Numbered from the stretch's first letter, positions 1-9,908 are shown. The stretch is 64,000 bases of DNA from an uncultured delta proteobacterium (GCA_963769935.1 CAVYNY010000032.1:160001-224000), one strand, 5' to 3'. Program-made: numbers and translations. The notes: generated by a model from the letters alone, not told the origin.

Positions 1-58
1 CCCAGAAACATAAAGCTAACCCACTAAAAGTAAAAAGGAGCATTGGGAAGAGCACAAA

Positions 59-155
59 GGGAGTATTGGAGTGTTGAAGTAATGGAGTAATGGAAACCCT
101 GTTGTGCCTATAGATGGTTATCCAATACTCCAATACTCCATTACTCCATTACTCC
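59..155. repeat. Inverted arms of 8-mer tandem repeats (GGAGTAAT/GGAGTATT ... CCATTACT/CCAATACT)
   Basis: ggagtattggagtgttgaagtaatggagtaatgg at ~59-94 is complementary to tccaatactccaatactccattactccattactcc at 121-155. Confidence 0.85.
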
Positions 156-226
156 CCCGTATTGAATGTTCAGCCATTTCTTACATTACGTAAATATCAG
201 ATATTTTCAGCCTTGATTTCTAATCC

Positions 227-1507
227 CTATTTCAGTGATTTCAACCCCTCCGGCAGCTGGATCTTGGCTTCAGCCATGGATTCGGGAAACACGATTTTGC
301 GCCGGCCATTTTCGGTCCACTGGAAAACGACACCCACGGCGGTCTCCTTGGGATCCATGCCATAGACAACCTGGTGCCCTTGATCAAATTTGATTCTGCC
401 CATCACCCCCATGCGATCCGTCTTGGCCACTTCAGCAACGATTGCATCCGGATCAAGGCTGCCGGCCCGTTCGATAGCCTCAGCCAGAATGTAGACGGAT
501 TCATAGGCGGGCGAAACACCGTGGCCCGACTGAACTTCTTTGCCATATGTCTTCTTGTAGGCGGCGTCAAATTTTTCGGATTTGGGAACCTTGGGCGAGG
601 CAACGGCGTTGCCCAATTCGAAAATGCTGTTCATGGCCCCGCCGATTTTACCGTCAAAGGTCTTCCAGGCCTCCGATCCGGCCAGAGGTGAGATGAACCC
701 GGCCATCAGAGCCGGGACTTTCATTGATTTCCACTGTTTGACCAGAATTCCGCTCTGGGGCATGTCGAAAATCGGCATAATGACCTGCGCCCCTTTGGCC
801 CTGGCTTTCATCAGGGCCGATGAAAAGTCGGAGGTGCCGGTAGGATAGGCTTCCTGGCCCAGAACTTCCCAGCCGGCCTTGTCGAAATAGACTTTTTTGA
901 CGATATCAGCCGTCGCGCGGGCCCAGGCTACATCCTGATGCATGACGTAAACCTTGTTGAAACCGAACTGCTTGTTGATCAAGGCCATGTTGCCGGCAAA
1001 ATATTTCACCAGATAGACGGCATTCAGGCATGTTCGGAAAACATATTTATATTTTTCCGGATCCGATTGCAGCTTTTTTTCGGAGCCGGGGCTCATGGCA
1101 ATCGTTCCCAGCATGGGCATTTTATATTTGGCGAGAAGATCCATGCCGGCAATCAGGGCTTCCGAGCGGAAAGGACCCACGACGATTGCCACCGGCTTTT
1201 GTTCCAGAATCATTTTTTCAAGGCCCAACAGGGCTTCGGGGACGGGAACACCCGGCGCAGCATCACGCAGATCCGACGCCGCCACCTTCAACATTCGCTT
1301 CTGCCCGCCGACATTCACGCCGCCTTTGTCATTTATTTCGCTGACGGCGAGTTGGACTGCTTTATGGGCCTCTTTGCCCTCCAAAAATCCCAACGAGGTC
1401 GGCACTCCGATAACGATCTCATCGGCCGCATAGGTAATAGGCCCGGCACTCAACCAAACGAATCCAACCAACAACACAAGACCCAGAAAGGACAATCTAC
1501 GTTTCAT
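227..1507 (-). CDS. LIV-type (branched-chain amino acid family) ABC substrate-binding protein
   Basis: Signal peptide MKRRLSFLGLVLL..., AVSEINDKGGV, LAEAIERAGSLD; start moved to ATG 1507 with GAAGGAGG RBS. Confidence 0.85.
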   Translation of the reverse strand: MKRRLSFLGLVLLVGFVWLSAGPITYAADEIVIGVPTSLGFLEGKEAHKAVQLAVSEINDKGGVNVGGQKRMLKVAASDLRDAAPGVPVPEALLGLEKMILEQKPVAIVVGPFRSEALIAGMDLLAKYKMPMLGTIAMSPGSEKKLQSDPEKYKYVFRTCLNAVYLVKYFAGNMALINKQFGFNKVYVMHQDVAWARATADIVKKVYFDKAGWEVLGQEAYPTGTSDFSSALMKARAKGAQVIMPIFDMPQSGILVKQWKSMKVPALMAGFISPLAGSEAWKTFDGKIGGAMNSIFELGNAVASPKVPKSEKFDAAYKKTYGKEVQSGHGVSPAYESVYILAEAIERAGSLDPDAIVAEVAKTDRMGVMGRIKFDQGHQVVYGMDPKETAVGVVFQWTENGRRKIVFPESMAEAKIQLPEGLKSLK

Positions 1508-1688
1508 GGTTTCCTCCTTCTTCTGTTTGAGCGTTTCGCTGCTTTCATGCAAATAGCTATATGGTGGCTACCTTAAGCATCTATCGAAGTCAAGCAAATT
1601 ATGCCAAATCCGGAAGTTGGCGAAATATTTTCGGGCTGAAAAAGCAGCTGCTGAAAATTTTTCGCACGCCAGATGCCTGAGCAAAAAA

Positions 1689-1704
1689 GTTCATTATAGT
1701 GAAC
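1689..1704. promoter_or_regulatory. Putative IclR-family operator GTTCATTATAGTGAAC
   Basis: Imperfect palindrome, identical to 20799-20814 in the iclR/aor intergenic region. Confidence 0.7.
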
Positions 1705-1774
1705 ACTCCTTTTTCTCAGGTGCCGGATAATATTAGGGGTAAATCAATACATATAGCATTTTCATAATATTGGC

Positions 1775-1802
1775 TTGACAAAAAAAATGCAACTGGTAAA
1801 AT
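1775..1802 (+). promoter_or_regulatory. Sigma70-type promoter TTGACA-N16-TAAAAT for the moaD-corrinoid operon
   Basis: Consensus -35, near-consensus -10 preceded by TG. Confidence 0.6.
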
Positions 1803-1816
1803 AACCACCAAAAAAT

Positions 1817-1832
1817 GTTCAGCTGTATGAAC
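1817..1832. promoter_or_regulatory. Putative IclR-family operator GTTCAGCTGTATGAAC
   Basis: Same GTTCA-N6-TGAAC palindrome, just downstream of the predicted promoter (repressor position). Confidence 0.65.
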
Positions 1833-1908
1833 AATTATTGATGCCGGATCGGCACCCGCGGTATGTCACATAGTCATAGCAGGACCCGGAACTTTTAATT
1901 GGAGGTGT

Positions 1909-2199
1909 TTGTTGAAAATCCAGGTAGAATCCATCGGATTGCCGACGTTGTCGAAGCTGATCGGCAAAAAGTCCCAATTGGAAATGGCCGGTGCAACGGT
2001 GGCGGAGCTTGTCTCGCATATTGTGGATCGCAACGGCCCACAGGCTCGTAAAATTCTGCTGGACCGGACCGGGCACCTGGATCTGGCGATCCAGGTGATG
2101 GTCAATAACGAAGGATTCCTGCCCAGAGACGAGTATTCCCGGCGGATACTCAAGGACGGCGATGCCGTAAAGTTTATGCTGTTGGTAGGAGGAGGCTGA
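1909..2199 (+). CDS. MoaD/ThiS-family sulfur carrier protein
   Basis: 96 aa, VMVNN...LKDGDAV, C-terminal GG; GGAGG RBS at 1901; TTG start at 1909 or 1912. Confidence 0.85.
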   Translation: MLKIQVESIGLPTLSKLIGKKSQLEMAGATVAELVSHIVDRNGPQARKILLDRTGHLDLAIQVMVNNEGFLPRDEYSRRILKDGDAVKFMLLVGGG

Positions 2200-2273
2200 T
2201 TTGATGTCCTATAAACGTAATATATAAATGAATAGTTTATTGATTAAATGGGCATTTGCCTTCATAATCGTGA

Positions 2274-2478
2274 AAAATCCAAGCACCAAATAACAAATAA
2301 TAAACAATATCCAAATTCGAAATTCCAATGAATCTCGCCTCATAAACCGGTGCTTTGAGCGCGTTGATGCGTTCAAGATTAAGAGTTCCGGCTACCTCCT
2401 GACGCATACAAGTTTGGAATTTTAGTCATTGTATTTTGAGATTTGTTTGGAATTTGAGATTTGTGATTTGGAATTTTA
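2274..2478. repeat. Inverted-arm heptamer element (AAATCCA/AAATTCC ... GGAATTT/GAGATTT)
   Basis: Left arm aaatccaagcaccaaataacaaat...aaattcc, right arm tttggaatttgagatttgtgatttggaattt; related copy at 51678-51878. Confidence 0.75.
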
Positions 2479-2525
2479 TTATCTATGGTTCATCTATTTT
2501 TCTGTAAACTAGGGTGGGGCGTTAT

Positions 2526-2930
2526 ATGAGCTACTTTTGCGTAAATGATAACTGCAATGGGTGTTTGGCCTGTGTGGAAAATTGTCCTGCTTCGGCCTTG
2601 AGTTTTGCCGATGGGGACGGCCGGCGAACACTCAAACACAATATGACCAAGTGCGCCCGCTGCGGTCAATGCTGGCGCGTATGTCCGCAAAAGGCCATCG
2701 AGTTCCAGCATCTTTTGGTCGGTCACTGGGATGACGTGGTCACTATGGATCTGATTCACTGTCAGGTTTGCGGTGAGCCGCTTTATTCGACGGCCTTCCG
2801 GTATAAGGTGGAAAGCCAGCTGAATTCAACGGTCGAAACACTTTGTCCCCAGCACCGGCAACGACAGGCTGCGTCAAGGCGGCCGCTTTTAAGGCCGGGC
2901 GGGATCAAGTCAAAATTGGGGGATACATGA
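2526..2930 (+). CDS. 2x[4Fe-4S] ferredoxin-like protein with extra C-terminal CxxC...CxxH motif
   Basis: CNGCLACVENCP, CARCGQCWRVCP, CQVCGE...LCPQH; ATG 2526. Confidence 0.85.
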   Translation: MSYFCVNDNCNGCLACVENCPASALSFADGDGRRTLKHNMTKCARCGQCWRVCPQKAIEFQHLLVGHWDDVVTMDLIHCQVCGEPLYSTAFRYKVESQLNSTVETLCPQHRQRQAASRRPLLRPGGIKSKLGDT

Positions 2931-3610
2931 TTGTCGGAGATTTAAAACCAGTGGCAGAAATTGTTTCTGCGATTAAAGAATATAAGCAGGTGCTGGTTCT
3001 TGGGTGCGGCAGCTGCGTCACCGTTTGTCTATCGGGCGGCGAAAAAGAGGCCGAACAGCTGGGCCGCGAACTTGCACAGATACGGCATTATTCCGGCACG
3101 CCGCCGAAATTTACGGTAGGCTGCATTCTCAGGCAGTGTGAACAGGACCTGGTAGAGACATATCAGGATATCCCCGCCGGAACCGATGCCATCCTGTCGC
3201 TGGCCTGCGGCGCCGGCGTGCAAACCGTGGCGGATGCAGTCGATCCGCTGCCGGTGCTTCCCGCACTCAATACCACATTTCTCGGTGCCTCGGCCAAACC
3301 GGGTATCTGGGCGGAAGTGTGCCGGGGGTGCGGCGATTGTGTGCTGACCTTCACCGGTGGTATTTGCCCGGTGGCCCGTTGTGCCAAGAGCCTTTTTAAC
3401 GGCCCTTGCGGCGGGTCGCACAACGGCAGCTGCGAAGTCGGCCTGGATACACCCTGCGCCTGGGCCATGATTTACTACCGGCTCAAAAGGCAGAACAAAT
3501 TGCACTTATTGGATGAGATCAGGGTTCCCAAAGATTGGCGACCCGGCGGGGCCGCCGGCCCGCGCAAGCGGGTGCGCATTGGGTTGGGAGAGGGGTCTAA
3601 AGATCGATAG
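2927..3610 (+). CDS. MetV-like (methylene-THF reductase C-terminal domain) Cys-rich protein
   Basis: GCGSCVTVCLSGGE, RQCE, ACGAGVQ, CRGCGDC..TGGICPVARCAKSLFNGPCGGS..CEV..CAW; ATGA overlap with upstream gene. Confidence 0.85.
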   Translation: MIVGDLKPVAEIVSAIKEYKQVLVLGCGSCVTVCLSGGEKEAEQLGRELAQIRHYSGTPPKFTVGCILRQCEQDLVETYQDIPAGTDAILSLACGAGVQTVADAVDPLPVLPALNTTFLGASAKPGIWAEVCRGCGDCVLTFTGGICPVARCAKSLFNGPCGGSHNGSCEVGLDTPCAWAMIYYRLKRQNKLHLLDEIRVPKDWRPGGAAGPRKRVRIGLGEGSKDR

Positions 3611-3882
3611 AGGTTCAGGGTTCAAAGGTTCAAAGGTAAAAGGTTAAAGGACAAAGGTTAAAGGATAGATGTTAGCAGGCCTTTGGATTCTTTCATCTGT
3701 CCTCTCGGGGCTCAATGTGTTCTCAAACCTCACATAGGAAAGATTCAGATTGAACAAGATATCGAACTGCAGAATCCCGAGCCCCGGACAAATATCCTTT
3801 GTCCTTTAGCCTTTGTCCTTTATCCTGCAGATAACGACCAATATCATCTATTCTCTGAACCCAGAACCCAGAACCTTTGAAC
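3609..3882. repeat. Nested inverted arms of heptamer repeats (outer GGTTCA/TGAACC, inner AAAGGTT/CCTTT)
   Basis: aggttcagggttcaaaggttcaaaggtaaaaggttaaaggacaaagg ... tcctttgtcctttagcctttgtccttt ... tgaacccagaacccagaacctttgaac. Confidence 0.85.
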
Positions 3883-3889
3883 GCATATA

Positions 3890-5314
3890 ATGGAAATAAA
3901 CGAAATTGAAATTCTATCCGTTGGCGTCGATGTCGGCAGTTCAACCAGTCATCTGGTTTTTTCCAATCTGCTGTTGAAAAGAGATCAGCGCTCGGCGACC
4001 CGGCGCTTCAACATCGAGCAACGCACCATCGTCTACGAGGGTCGGATCATCCATACGCCGCTGCTGGATGACAATACCCTCGACATCCTCCAATTAACCG
4101 ATTTTTTCAAGGAAGAGTACCGGCGCGCCGGCATCGACCCGGCTGCTGTTCAAACCGGAGCAGTGATCGTCACGGGCGAGTCCGCCCGCAAACAAAACGC
4201 CAGGCAGATCGCAGAGGCCTTGTCCCATGATGCCGGGCGGTTTGTGGCCGCTACGGCCGGACCCAACTTCGAGAGTTTGATCGCGGCCATGGGGTCGGGG
4301 GCCGCGGCACGATCGAAGAAACAAAACAAAACGATTCTATCGTGCGATATCGGCGGCGGAACCTCAAACCTCGCGGTAACCGTCAACGGGCAGACCTATT
4401 CGACCAGCTGTATATCGGTCGGGGGGCGGCTGCTGGGCGTTGCCCACGATGGAACCATCTGGCGGATCGACCCGCCGGCAGCCAAAGTGATGGCCCATCT
4501 CGGGTTGAATTATAAAACCGGAGATCCGATCACTAAAGGTGATATCGAAAGCGTCGCCCAGACCTTCGCGGAAGTGCTGTTCGAGGTAATAACAGGTCCT
4601 GCCAAATCCTCATTAGCCCGGCAGCTTATGCTGACCGCCGACCTGGACATTCCGAACCGCATCGATGAATATGCATTTTCGGGGGGAGTGGCCGAGCTGA
4701 TGTACGGCGGACTGGATAATTATGACGATATCGGGCAGATTTTAGCCGACAAGGTAAAATCGTTGACATCTGAATTAAGTGCCCCGGTCATAGAACTGCC
4801 CAACAAAATTCGAGCAACCGTCATCGGTGCCGGCGCTTATTCACTGTCAATTTCCGGTTGTTCGGGTTTTACGGATGATAAAATATCGTTTCCGATAAGA
4901 AATGTGCCCGTCATGCAGGTGGATGTCGATCAATCAAAATTAAGTGTGGAACATGTTAAAAAGCAAATAAATGCCGCCTTTCAAAGATTTGACCTGGACG
5001 AGGGTGAAGACATTATCGCTTTGTACTTCAGGGACCCGGTCAGGGTGTCTTACCCCCGGCTGGAATTGTTTGCAAAATCGATCGAAGCGGCGCTTGCCAA
5101 TACCATCCGGAAGAAGCTGCCTGTGATTTTGATCTTTGACACGGACATTGCCTGCAGCGTGGGAAACGTCATTCGGCGGGAGACCAATTTGAAGACCAAC
5201 CTGCTGGCACTCGACGAGCTGATGCTCACAGAGGGCGATTGGATCGATATCGGTGAGCCCCTGGTGGCCGGCCAGGTGTTTCCGGTGACGGTAAAATCGC
5301 TTGCGTTTCATTAA
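3890..5314 (+). CDS. eutA: EutA-like ASKHA ATPase (ethanolamine ammonia-lyase reactivase family)
   Basis: ILSVGVDVGSSTSHLVFS, GAVIVTGESARKQNA, FVAATAGPNFES, DIGGGTSN, FSGGVA, IRATVIGAG, GDWIDIGEP..VTVKSL. Confidence 0.85.
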   Translation: MEINEIEILSVGVDVGSSTSHLVFSNLLLKRDQRSATRRFNIEQRTIVYEGRIIHTPLLDDNTLDILQLTDFFKEEYRRAGIDPAAVQTGAVIVTGESARKQNARQIAEALSHDAGRFVAATAGPNFESLIAAMGSGAAARSKKQNKTILSCDIGGGTSNLAVTVNGQTYSTSCISVGGRLLGVAHDGTIWRIDPPAAKVMAHLGLNYKTGDPITKGDIESVAQTFAEVLFEVITGPAKSSLARQLMLTADLDIPNRIDEYAFSGGVAELMYGGLDNYDDIGQILADKVKSLTSELSAPVIELPNKIRATVIGAGAYSLSISGCSGFTDDKISFPIRNVPVMQVDVDQSKLSVEHVKKQINAAFQRFDLDEGEDIIALYFRDPVRVSYPRLELFAKSIEAALANTIRKKLPVILIFDTDIACSVGNVIRRETNLKTNLLALDELMLTEGDWIDIGEPLVAGQVFPVTVKSLAFH

Positions 5315-5330
5315 ATTAAAGGACAATCGG

Positions 5331-6674
5331 ATGAAAGAACGATTTCTAACAGTCACACCTGACGCGGATGAAAACCAGGAGGCGCGATTCAACACCTGGC
5401 TCTCAGGCCAGGGAATTCCATTTGTCAGCCCTGAAGCGGCAGCAGATTATCAGGCTAGAGTGACGCTGATGAAAGACGCGATCCAGCTCAAAAAGCCGCC
5501 TGCAAGAATACCGATCTGCCCTTCGGCCGGTTTTTTTCCGATTCAATACGCCGGAATCAGCATGCATGCTGCCATGTATGATTATGAAGCCCTGACCGGT
5601 GCCTGGGAAAAGTTCTGCAACGATCTGATACCGGATGCGTACAACGCCCCTACAATCGTTGTGCCAGGCAGGGTACTGGACATTTTGGATTTTAAGCTCG
5701 GGCAGTGGCCCGGCCACGGGGTGGCCGAAAACAGCGAATACCAGTACGTGGAAAAAGAATATATGAAGGCCGATGAGTATCCGGACTTAATCGATGACCC
5801 CAGCGGTTTTTTTATGAATCGATTCTTTCCGCGTATTTTTGGCGCCTTAGAACCATTGCAAAACATGCCGCTGCTGCCGCCGGTCAATGAAATTCCCTGC
5901 ATCCCGCCGGCCCTGTTCCCCTTTGGCGATAAAGACCTGCAGGCTGCATTCAACAGTCTGGCCAAAGCAGGCGAAGAAGCCCTTCGATGGCGCGATGCGG
6001 TACGCCGGTTAAACGGCAAGATCATGGGCCAAGGTTATCCAGCTTTTTCAGGCGGATTCACCAAAGCACCTTTTGATGTGATCGGCGACACCCTGCGGGG
6101 GACGCGCGAAGTTATGTTGGACATGTATCGCCATCCGGATGAACTGATCGAGGCCTGTGAAAGGATCACACCATTTATGATTAAATCCGGTGTGGCCGCA
6201 TGCAAGGCCACCGGTCACATCATGCCCTTTATTCCCCTGCATAAAGGCGCCGACGGCTTTATGTCCAAAGAACAGTTTCAAAAGTTTTACTGGCCCAGCC
6301 TCAGAAAGGTTATTATCGGGTTGGTGGATGCGGGCATGGTGCCCCAGCTGTTTGCCGAAGGGGGATATAATCAGCGGTTGGATGTGATTTGCGATGTGCC
6401 TAAAGGCAAAGTGCTCTGGTGGTTTGACCTGACGGATATGGCACAGGCCAAAAAGACGATCGGCCAAGTGGCCTGTATTGCCGGCAATGTGCCGCTCTCT
6501 TTGCTGTGTACCGCAACCCCTGATGAGGTTAAAGCCTATTGCAAGGCGCTTATCGATGCGGCCGGTAAAGACGGTGGATTTATCTTTTCCACCGGCGCCG
6601 GCATGCAGGGATCAAAACCGGAAAATGTGAAGGCCATGATCGAGTTTGCAAAAGATTACGGAATTTATCGGTAA
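5331..6674 (+). CDS. Uroporphyrinogen decarboxylase-fold protein (MtaA/MtbA-like corrinoid methyltransferase family)
   Basis: PFDVIGDTLRG, FMSKEQFQKFYWP, CIAGNVP, GGFIFSTG, KPENVKAM; adjacent to corrinoid protein. Confidence 0.8.
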   Translation: MKERFLTVTPDADENQEARFNTWLSGQGIPFVSPEAAADYQARVTLMKDAIQLKKPPARIPICPSAGFFPIQYAGISMHAAMYDYEALTGAWEKFCNDLIPDAYNAPTIVVPGRVLDILDFKLGQWPGHGVAENSEYQYVEKEYMKADEYPDLIDDPSGFFMNRFFPRIFGALEPLQNMPLLPPVNEIPCIPPALFPFGDKDLQAAFNSLAKAGEEALRWRDAVRRLNGKIMGQGYPAFSGGFTKAPFDVIGDTLRGTREVMLDMYRHPDELIEACERITPFMIKSGVAACKATGHIMPFIPLHKGADGFMSKEQFQKFYWPSLRKVIIGLVDAGMVPQLFAEGGYNQRLDVICDVPKGKVLWWFDLTDMAQAKKTIGQVACIAGNVPLSLLCTATPDEVKAYCKALIDAAGKDGGFIFSTGAGMQGSKPENVKAMIEFAKDYGIYR

Positions 6675-6685
6675 GGAGACAATCG

Positions 6686-7333
6686 ATGTCCCATGATTTA
6701 GTGGATGCCATGGTCAGCATGCGTGAAACCGAAGCGCTGGAATTGGCCCAAAAAATGTTGGATGGCGGCGAGGACCCCCTGCATGTGTTGGAGAGTTGCC
6801 GGGCAGCATTGGAGATTGTGGGTCAGCGATTCGAGGCCGGAAGATATTTCCTGCCGGAGCTAATTATGGCCGGGGAGATGTTGAAAAAAATATCGCAAAT
6901 CGCGAAGCCGTTTTTAAAAAAGGAACGCAGCACGAAAGCTGATGTGAGGGGCAGGGTGGTCATTGGCTCGGTAAAGGGTGATATCCACGACATCGGTAAG
7001 GATATTGTGACCTTTATGCTGGAGATTAATGGTTTTGAGGTTCATGATCTGGGTGTCGATGTGCCGGCTGAGAAATTTGTGGATGCCATCAGGGAGGTGC
7101 AGCCGGAAATTGTGGGCATGAGCGGCCTGTTGACCACCGCTTTTGAGTCCATGAAAAATACGGTTGAGGTGATTGAAGCTGCCGGTTTACGCGATGGGAT
7201 CAAGATCATGGTGGGCGGCGGGACGGTTGACGAGAAGGTCAAGGAATACTCGGGCGCAGATGCCTATGGTGCGGATGCGGTTGCTGCAGTAAAGCTTTCG
7301 ATAGAATGGATGGAGAGCAAGTCGGATGAATGA
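6686..7333 (+). CDS. Methyltransferase cognate corrinoid (B12-binding) protein
   Basis: Cap domain FLPELIMAG, DxHxxG motif GDIHDIGKDIV, DLGVDVP, GMSGLLT, IMVGGG, GADAYG. Confidence 0.92.
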   Translation: MSHDLVDAMVSMRETEALELAQKMLDGGEDPLHVLESCRAALEIVGQRFEAGRYFLPELIMAGEMLKKISQIAKPFLKKERSTKADVRGRVVIGSVKGDIHDIGKDIVTFMLEINGFEVHDLGVDVPAEKFVDAIREVQPEIVGMSGLLTTAFESMKNTVEVIEAAGLRDGIKIMVGGGTVDEKVKEYSGADAYGADAVAAVKLSIEWMESKSDE

Positions 7334-7374
7334 TCCGCAAGAAGGCAGCCAACACTTTGCGAAAGGCAGCAGGT

Positions 7375-8974
7375 ATGAATGATAAACTTACATTAAAAGA
7401 ATTATGTCGCTATGAGTTGGGAACTTTTGCAGACATTATATACCGCAACGCCATTCTTTACCCGAACAATGAAGCCTTTGTGTGCGGGTCAAGAAGGATA
7501 AGCTTCAAGCACTTTAACGAAAGGGCCAACCGTCTCATCCATGGCCTTATGGAATTACAAATCCAAATGGGCGAGGTCATCGGAATCCTGTCCTGGAACT
7601 GCCTTGAATATACCGAGGTCTTCGGCGCCGCCATGAAAGGAGGATATATACTCGCCCATTTTAATCCACGCCTTAAAGCGCAAGAGCTCATTCATGTCAT
7701 AAATGATTCTGAGGCTAGTGTCATATTTATCGGACCTGATCTCGTTGAAATTCTGGATCGCATCCATAACCAATTATCGCATACAAAAACCATTGTGGCT
7801 TTCGGCAATGCACGGGAACCGATGATGACTTACCAGTGAGGTGTTGGAGCGTCAATCAACCGACGAGCCGGAATCCAAAGTCACGGAACTGGACCCCCTG
7901 GTAATTTTTTACACCAGTGGTACCACTGGAGTTCCACGCGGGGCCATGTACACCCATAAGCAAAAGATGGAAAATACCGTTATGAAGGCCTTGGATATCG
8001 GCCTTGAAATCGGGGATCGGCACCTCGTGATCCTGCCCATGTTTCACATAGGTGGAGACAGTCATATCTGGCCTTTCTTCCTGATGGGCGGATGCAATGT
8101 CATTATTTCCGAACCTTCTTTCAATCCGGCAGCCAGTTTACAAATTATTGTCAGAGAGCGGATTACAGATGTTCACATCGTACCGACTCAGCTGGTGTCT
8201 TTATTGAACCTGCCGGATATTGCAAGTTACGATCTGGGAGAACTCAAACGCGTCTGGTATGCCGCCTCCCCAATGCCGGTAGAAGTCCTCAAACGGGGTC
8301 TTGCTTTATTCGGCCCAATTTTTATGCAAGGCTACGGGCTGACCGAATCCGGTCCTCACACGACGGTTCTCAACAGAGCTGCCCACCGGGTGATCGACAA
8401 AATCCCCGCCGAACAAAAAGTACTCTCCTCCTGCGGGCAGCCGTGTATTGGCGTACATATGCGCATAGTCGATGAAGCCGGTAATGATGTCGCAGCGGGG
8501 GAAATTGGGGAGATCATCATCAAGGGCAAAAGAAGCATGACCGGATACTGGCGAAATCCCGATTCCACGGAGCAAACAGTTAAAGATGGCTGGCTATACA
8601 CCGGGGATGTGGGATTTTACGATGATAAAGGATTTATTTATATCGCCGATCGTAAAAAAGATATGATTGTGACCGGCGGTGAAAACGTTTATCCCAAAGA
8701 GGTCGAAGAAGTTCTCTACCGGCATCCGGCTGTTATGGAAGCAGCGGTCATCGGTATTCCGGATGCCTATTGGATTGAGCGGGTTCAGGCAGTCGTGGTG
8801 CTCAAGGAAGGGCAGCAGGCCACCGCAGAGGAGATCATTGGCTTTTGTAAAGAGCATATCGCCCATTACAAAGCTCCCAAAGGGGTAGATTTCGCGGAAT
8901 CCCTGCCGAAAAGCCCCCAGGGAAAAATCCTGAAAAGAGAAATCCGTAAACAATACCGGGCGGAGAAATATTAA
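7375..8974 (+). pseudogene. Acyl-CoA synthetase/CoA ligase split by a +1 frameshift near 7831-7840
   Basis: N-terminal half (7375-7839) and C-terminal half (7841-8974: YTSGTTGVPRG, YGLTE, GWLYTGD, GGENVYP, PKSPQGKILK) join after removing one base; pseudogene or assembly error. Confidence 0.75.
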
Positions 8975-8995
8975 TCGGCAGTTGAAGTTAGATTT

Positions 8996-9727
8996 TTATA
9001 CCGCCATCAATGTTTTTTGGCGATAGGCGGTCTCCATTTCAAGCAGGCTTTTACAAAATTTTTCCATATGCGCCGTCATTTCCGCCTTGGCTGCCTCGGC
9101 ATTTGCGCCGATGACAGCTTCAATAATTTTATTATGTTCGCCGGGCATGTGTAACGCCTCGTGATCAGGGTCCACTGCTTCAACAACTTCATAGGTCAGC
9201 CGCAGCATTGATTTAGAAACCGCTTCGTAGAAATGATTTCGGCATGATTCGGCAATGGCATGATGAACCTTTTGAAACTGGGTAATGCGGGCTACCGTTG
9301 TTGCCACGGAAAGAAATTCTCCCTCCTGGGCTTCCAATAATCGTTTCTTATCTTCTTTGGTGGCCCTCAGGGCTGCCAGGCGTGCCACTTCGGGCTCGAT
9401 ATAAAGCCGCACGTTGGCCAATTCGGGTATCGAAACCTTGTTGGTCAGAAAAAGATCGAGGAAGGCATTGCCGACATGATCAAAGGATAAATCCGTAACA
9501 AAAGCACCGCCGGTGGGTCCTTGACGCAGTGTTACAAAGCCGGTAATTTCCAGGATACGGATTGCCTCGCGGATGACGCCTCGACTGACCTGAAATTCTT
9601 CGGTGAGTTCTCTTTCAGACGGCAGCTTTTCACCGGATTTGAATTTTCCAAGTAATATGGATTCCTTAAGCTGACTCAAGACCTCTTCCGATATGCGGAA
9701 CTGTTTGATCGGTTTAAAATGACCCAT
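8996..9727 (-). CDS. FadR/GntR-family transcriptional regulator
   Basis: GEKLPSERELTEEFQVSRGVIREAI HTH followed by FCD-like domain. Confidence 0.92.
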   Translation of the reverse strand: MGHFKPIKQFRISEEVLSQLKESILLGKFKSGEKLPSERELTEEFQVSRGVIREAIRILEITGFVTLRQGPTGGAFVTDLSFDHVGNAFLDLFLTNKVSIPELANVRLYIEPEVARLAALRATKEDKKRLLEAQEGEFLSVATTVARITQFQKVHHAIAESCRNHFYEAVSKSMLRLTYEVVEAVDPDHEALHMPGEHNKIIEAVIGANAEAAKAEMTAHMEKFCKSLLEMETAYRQKTLMAV

Positions 9728-9754
9728 TTTAAATCCTCAGATTCAAATTTAGTC

Positions 9755-9794
9755 TTGACAAGCAAAGTGATTAACATTTAATGTAAGACCAATC
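9755..9794 (+). promoter_or_regulatory. Promoter (TTGACA-N16-TTTAAT) overlapped by a FadR/PdhR-like box ATGTAAGACCAAT
   Basis: GTAAGACCAAT matches the core of the PdhR-type box AATTGGTAAGACCAATT; lies between divergent gntR and ligase. Confidence 0.5.
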
Positions 9795-9908
9795 AAGCCT
9801 TTTTTCAAGATATTCAATCTTATCATTCGTTTTCATACAGGATTCCGTAAACAACTTTTTCTGTCAAGTTGGATTGCGGCAGTTTAAAACGCCGGGAGAG
9901 GATACGGA

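Noticed and set aside
1..11. Possible start (MFLG) of a downstream ABC permease on the minus strand
   Set aside because: Only four codons are visible, too little to support a call
1591..1607. Sigma54-like TTGGCATAATTTGCT on the minus strand
   Set aside because: GG-to-GC spacing is 8 nt, not the required 10
5331..7333. Pyrrolysine-type methylamine methyltransferase system
   Set aside because: No MttB/MtbB/MtmB-like gene and no in-frame TAG seen
7837..7839. TGA as selenocysteine or readthrough
   Set aside because: The downstream half is in a different frame, so readthrough would not restore the protein
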